Part shown: in pieces, positions 58,437-64,000 of the stretch
Position numbering within the stretch: the first letter of the stretch is position 1
Layout of the letters: the number at the start of each line of letters is the position of its first letter
Assembly: GCF_009914755.1 (NCBI RefSeq)
Contig: NC_060925.1
Source: the human T2T-CHM13v2.0 reference genome, Homo sapiens
Reading direction: 5' to 3' (one strand)
Length of the DNA stretch: 64,000 bases
The notes under the pieces: model-generated
The model's database searches: none
What the model saw: the letters and a program-made list of their open reading frames with translations, nothing else
What the model was told of the DNA's origin: nothing
Made by a program: the position numbers and the translations under genes

Positions 58437-60816
58437 AAAAACAGATTCATTATCAGAATAGAAAGTATCATAGCAATTCATTAAAATTGAACAAATACAG
58501 GCACTACTTATTTTATACTCCATGTTTGAAAACTTCAAACTCCATTTTAGAAAAGATTTTCTATTATATGTCTAATATATAATTCATATTTATATTAAAC
58601 CACATATTTGCTAGTAGAGAACCTACCTTTTGCACCTAGTAAGGCATGAGTAAAAATTTTGTGTAATGCATACTTTTAAGAGTAAGGAAATTTTCAACAT
58701 GGTACAAAGTATCGTGCTATCCTTTTAAGCAACAAGTATCCACAATGGCAATGCCTTTACATTTTTCTCATGGTCATTTTGCCATCTTCACATCGTTGAA
58801 TGATAAACTATTCATTTTGGAAAGAAAAATAAGAAAAGATAATTTAACAACAGATAATTTACTCTCAGACAAATACTCTCGCTAAGCATCTTCTTTTCTG
58901 ACTAACATATGAAGGTACATAATAATTCACTCATTATTCAATAAAAGTTTTTTTCTCACTATGGTGTGGCCAGAATTATTGTGGAGAACCAAAAATTAAG
59001 AGAACCAGAAGTGCTGGCTGGCTGTAATCGTGGACTGAAAAGACAAGTAGGTGAAACTTTCTCTGGCCACTATCTGTAGGCCAAAATAACTGGGTTCAGT
59101 ACTGTCGAATATAGCCAGGAAGTTCAGTACAATAAAGATATAGTGTGAAAATCCATGTGAGGTCTTCTTAAAAGACATGAGTTCAGGGAGGGGAATTCTA
59201 CAGAATTTGTGCATCTAGGATGATATAAGGTAAGAAAAATTGTGAATTATTTAGGAAAAACTGGAATAAAGGATCTATGTGAATAATTCACATCAACAGA
59301 GGCTGCAAAAGGGTTATCAGTCAAGGGTTTTTTATGCCTTGGTAAACAGTGTTGATATTATTTAGAGAGTATCTGCAAAGCTGTGCCACGAGATGAATGA
59401 ACATATAAGAGTGAGAAATAATTAGGATGTATAGACAAATACCAATTCATTCAAACTGTAGCTGAGAATTTCTGGTATCTGCACACTTTAAATCTACTTT
59501 TATGAAATAAGTGAAGGTTTCAAATGTAAATATTAATGTAAATAAAAAAACATAAACATAAAAAAGGAAATAGTGTATCAAATAAATATGTTTGGAGCCA
59601 TTCCTACATATTTCCAAATTGTCTAAAAAAGTCAATGCTTTATATAAGATATGTGCACCTGAGTTGATTAAATTATGAGGGAATCTTTTAGTAACATATA
59701 TGAAATGTTTGTAGAAGACAGTGTTCAAAATGGTAGAAAATTTAAAAACACAAACTATTTATTATGCTATGTTTTTAGATAAAATGTACATGTTCATGTA
59801 ATCACAGATATATATTTGCTTCAAACATTGATATATTATTTAAAAAAAGGCTCACATGTAACAAGTGATTGATACAGTCTTTAAAATAGAAAAAAAAGTC
59901 TCATATAGGTTAATAGATTATTTAGAGCATAAAACTTTCTATTAAAATATTATGTATCTTTGGAAATGATAAGCTAACATTTGGAGGGCATATTATTAAA
60001 TGTGCTATGAATAATACAATTTTTAAAAACACACTATTAAATATAGCTAACAAGTTGACTTATTTCTTGAGTGAAAGTTGAGAATATTTGGATATACTGA
60101 GCAGGTATTATTTTGTAATTGTTTATGTTTAAGCAATTAATATTAATTTAGAAAATATTTTAAGGTAAGAATAAATTCAATTTGTATTATTTATGATTTG
60201 AATATATTAAATAAACATTTTTATACTACTGTTAACTAAACGTATATATGATAGTCAAATTTAGGTGTTATCAGCTATTATATCTAAGGCATATATGTAA
60301 GTCATATGTAATAACAATAACTTTTTTCATCTTTTTGTAACGGGAACCAAAGAAAATTTAATTAAAATATAAAAATAATAGTACAGCATAGACAGCTGTT
60401 TGTGCAAGATTTACTATTTTTGTGTGTTGTTTTATTGTTTTGAAGAAATATAAAAAACAAATGATCATAAAAGATACATATGTAATCCACTGTAGAGAAT
60501 TAATAAACATTTCCATCATATTTGTCTCAATTCTCTGTAAAAAGGAATCAAATCTTATAATGCCCTTCACCTCACTTACTTGAGGTAATCTTACAGTGCA
60601 CTTATTTGGCACAAGGGACAAGTATATGAGATCTAAATCAATATATGGTATATTGAGTGTTTTTATTCTAATTGAGTATATTTCTTTTCCTTTATGATTT
60701 CTTCATTTTATGTTTTGTAAGAAAACTTCCTTGACTCTGAGTTGGAAAAGATATTTTAGTATATTTTTATATTCTAAATTTGATTGCTTTAAGTTGTATA
60801 TTTTCCTATAGAGAAA

Positions 60817-61169
60817 TGATATGTTTTGGCTGTGTTCCCATCCAAATCTCACCTTGAATTGTAATAATCCTGATGTGTCAAGGGTGGGGAAAGATGGAGA
60901 TAACTGAATCATGTGGGTGGTTTTCCCCATACTGCCTTCTTGGTAGTGAATATGTCTCATAAGATCTAATGGTTTTATAAGTGGAAGTTCCCTTGAATAA
61001 GCTCCCTTGCCTGCTGCCATATAAGACGTGTCTTTGCTCTTCCTCTGCCTTCCACCATGATTGTGAGGCCTCCAGCCACGTGGAATTGTGAGTTCATTAA
61101 ACTGCTTCTCTTTATAAATTACCCACTCTCTGTATGTCTTTATGAGCATCCTGAGAATGGACTAATACA
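60817..61169 (+). mobile_element. THE1C-like solo LTR
   Basis: tgatatgttttggctgtgt...ccaaatctcaccttgaattgtaataatcc...gagaatggactaataca. Confidence 0.94.
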
Positions 61170-61479
61170 AGGTATTTAACTCATTAAGGTTATAATGTTT
61201 GAATATGGTATACTATAGTGATATTGTTCTATTTTCCATATGAGAAGCTTAGATTCTGCAAACTATTTATTATTTATTTCATCTCTTCCCAACTGATTTT
61301 GTCTCCAATATTACATCTCAAGATTCCATAAATGTGTGCATAAATGATGACTGTTCTGTTTGATTGAGCAAGGCATTCATACAGCATCCCTGTCCAGTAC
61401 CATCTGTTCTTAATAACTCTACATATATCTCATCTTAATATTTGTTTTGGAAAGCCTCCATCCTTATTTATCTCTTCTA

Positions 61480-61730
61480 GAATAGTATTAGCCTTGTTTC
61501 TTTTTATTGGCAAATAGTATTCCATCTTATGGTTATAACAAATTTAGTCTATTAATTTACTAATTGATGGATGATTAGGTTGTTTCCACTTTTTAAAATA
61601 CTATAAATAAAGCTACTATGAATATTGATATGCATATCTTAGTGTGGGCACGTATTTTTATTTCTCCTGGATCAATACCTGGAAGTAGAATTTCTGTGTT
61701 GTAATTAACTTCATTTTATAACATTTAATG
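61480..61730 (-). mobile_element. Old L1M 3' fragment
   Basis: aatagtattccat...ttgatgga..ttaggttgtttccacttttt...taaagctactatgaatatt. Confidence 0.75.
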
Positions 61731-62147
61731 TGAGCTACCTTTACCTGGAGTTAAGAGGAGTGGTTTAAAGCCTGCACTCACTGTGCCATTTTGTCTGGAA
61801 AAGAGGGAGTGTGATTTATGAATTTAGAAATAAGACTTAAACTAACTTAAAATTCAGGAGTTTCCTAGGTTATAAAATGCCTCAAGAAACTTGAGCACGT
61901 TCTGTTTTCTTTCACAGTAGGCCTAAGGGCTTTTTATTAATATTGTTTCATTTTAAACCCCAATATGGGTACCTAAAGAGCTTTATGAGCAGGAATATTT
62001 CTTTATTACCATAACCCTCCTCTCCTGCATATTAACCATTATTTATTGAATACTGAATGTGTCTGGTATGTGCCGTATACTAGGCTTTTGATCTATATCT
62101 GTGGTATGCATATGTAACCTGTATATCCTATACAAACAAATACCTTG

Positions 62148-62544
62148 TGATATGGCTTGGATCTGTGTCTCTGCCCAAATTGCATGTTGAATTGCATGTT
62201 GGAGGTGGGGCGTGTTTGGAGGTGATTGGATCATGTGGGGGAGTTTCCCCTTTCGGTGTTGTTCCCATGACAGAGTTCACTCGAGATCTGATTGTTCAAA
62301 AGTGTGTGGCACATGCCCCTTTTATCTCTTCTTCCTCTTGCTCTGGCCATGTAAGACGTGACAGCTTCCTCTTCATTTTCTGCCATGACTGTAAGTTTCC
62401 TGAGGCCTCCCCAGAAGCCGAGTGCATGCCAGAATTTTGCTCCCTGTACAGCTTGTGGAATTGTGAGCCAGTTAAACCTCCTCTCTTTACAAATTACCCA
62501 GTCTCAGGTATTTCTTTATAGCAATGCAAAAACAGATTAATACA
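62148..62544 (+). mobile_element. MSTA/B solo LTR
   Basis: TG...CA termini; perfect 5-bp TSD ccttg (62143-62147, 62545-62549). Confidence 0.96.
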
Positions 62545-62589
62545 CCTTGTAATATTCCAAAAAAGAAAGAAGTTACTCCAATGATCTAT

Positions 62590-62718
62590 TTAAAGTAACT
62601 AAGATTCCAAGAGATTATGTAACATACCTGAGGTCACCAAACTAGACATTGGCAGAACTAGGACTCCACTTTAGATCTCTCTTATACCAGAGTATGGTAC
62701 ACATTCTTAATTTCTACA
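62590..62718 (-). mobile_element. MIR fragment
   Basis: agagattatgtaacatacctgaggtcac...tggcagaactaggact. Confidence 0.65.
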
Positions 62719-62771
62719 TTATCCTATCTAAAATTCTTTATAACATCTCCAGAGATGAGAATGATATCATG

Positions 62772-63596
62772 TGTTGTAGGCTGAATAATGGCCTCCCAAA
62801 GAAATCCATGTCCTAATACCCATACCTGTGAATATGTCACCTTATGTGACAAAAGATACTTTGCACATGTGTTCTAGTTCAGGATCTTGAACTGAGGAGA
62901 TTATCTTGATTTGCATGGATGGGCCCAATATAATCACAAGGGTCACAAGGGAGGTGGAGGATGATAGTCCAAGAAATATTATGTAGCACTAATGCAGATG
63001 CCAGAATGGAAAGAAGACTCTACATCGAAGACTTTGAAGATGGAGAAAGGGGCCACTAGCCAAAGAATGCAGGTGGCTTCTTGAAGCTGGAAAATGGCAG
63101 GATTCTCCCTTGGAAACTCCAAAATAAATATAGGCTTAAAGACATCTTGATTTTAGTTCAGTAAACTTGATTTTGCCCTATGATCTTGAAAACTGTAAGA
63201 TGATTATTCTGTGTTTTAGGTGACTAAGTTTTTTGCAATTTATTTTTATTTATTTTATTTATTTTTTTTGAGACAGAGTCTCACTCTGTCACCAAGGCTG
63301 GAGTGCAGTGGTGCGATCTTGGCTCACTGCAAGCTCCGCCTCCTGGGTTCATGCCATTCTTCTGCCTCAGCCTCCCCGGGTAGCTGGGACTACAGGCACC
63401 CGCCACCATGCCCGGCTAATTTTTTTGTATTTTTTTAGTAGAGACGGGGTTTCACTGTGTTAGCCAGGATGGTCTCGAGCTCCTGACCTCATGATCCGAC
63501 CGCCTAGGCCTCCCAAAGTGCTGGGATTACAGGCGTGAGCCACCGTGCCCAGCTGTTTGTCACAATTTATTACAGCAGCAATGAGAAACTAATACA
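62772..63596 (+). mobile_element. MLT1D LTR, split by AluY
   Basis: tgttgtaggctgaataatggcc...ttacagcagcaatgagaaactaataca. Confidence 0.9.
63244..63554 (-). mobile_element. AluY
   Basis: Y diagnostics; TSD gttttttgcaatttat versus gtttgtcacaatttat (a former CpG decayed to TG in one copy and CA in the other). Confidence 0.95.
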
Positions 63597-64000
63597 TGCC
63601 AAGATTCCTTTTTTATTGCATGAGTTTCATCTTTCTTACACTAGCATCTCAATTCCTCTGCACTCTGATATCAGTTGTATTATAGTCTTCCTTAAAAGCT
63701 TTTCAGTGATGCTTTATATTCTAAGCAAGATTAAATATTCACTGTTCCTTGAAATATTCACTATTCCTGATTCTCACTGGATTCTCTGCTTGCATTCATT
63801 CTTCACCTCTAGCACATTCTCATCTCTCTTATACAATCATTCATCAAGGTCCCAGTTTAATTTATAGTTCACCATGATGGTTTTATATAATTTAATTGAT
63901 TTTTATCTCTCTTTCCCTCTGTTCCATTAATATGTGTGATTACCCATTTTGCTTATATATGGTCTTCTAGTAAAGTCTTGTATGAAATTATTGCACTCTT

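Noticed and set aside
60703-61149. 148-aa ORF, and the similar 62147-62521 ORF
   Set aside because: Read-through of THE1 and MST LTRs.

Overview
AT-rich, gene-poor, non-coding primate genomic DNA. It is almost certainly human, because it carries a near-consensus AluYb8. I find no credible protein-coding gene, RNA gene, CpG island or CRISPR-like array. The ORF track is explained by decayed L1 ORF2, Alu or MaLR read-through, a (GAT)15 microsatellite, or chance. The window holds 12 Alus (J, S, Y, Yb8), many L1s (primate L1PA/PB and older L1MA-ME), MaLR LTRs (THE1, MST, MLT1, including one two-LTR MSTB provirus), MLT2/ERVL remnants, DNA transposons (MER2, MER3, MER63), L2/MIR fragments and microsatellites. 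I see no evidence for a new biological system. The best leads are: a recursive-splice-site-like motif (polyY-CAG|GTAAGT at 57147) with candidate RS-exon donors; three twin-primed (5'-inverted) L1s with very different junction losses; a young AluYb8; an Alu whose tail is replaced by (GAT)15; a permuted MLT1A duplication; and a CpG-retaining unique block near 25.7-26.6 kb. Subfamily names come from my recall of consensus sequences, not from a RepeatMasker run. Boundaries of old elements are approximate.
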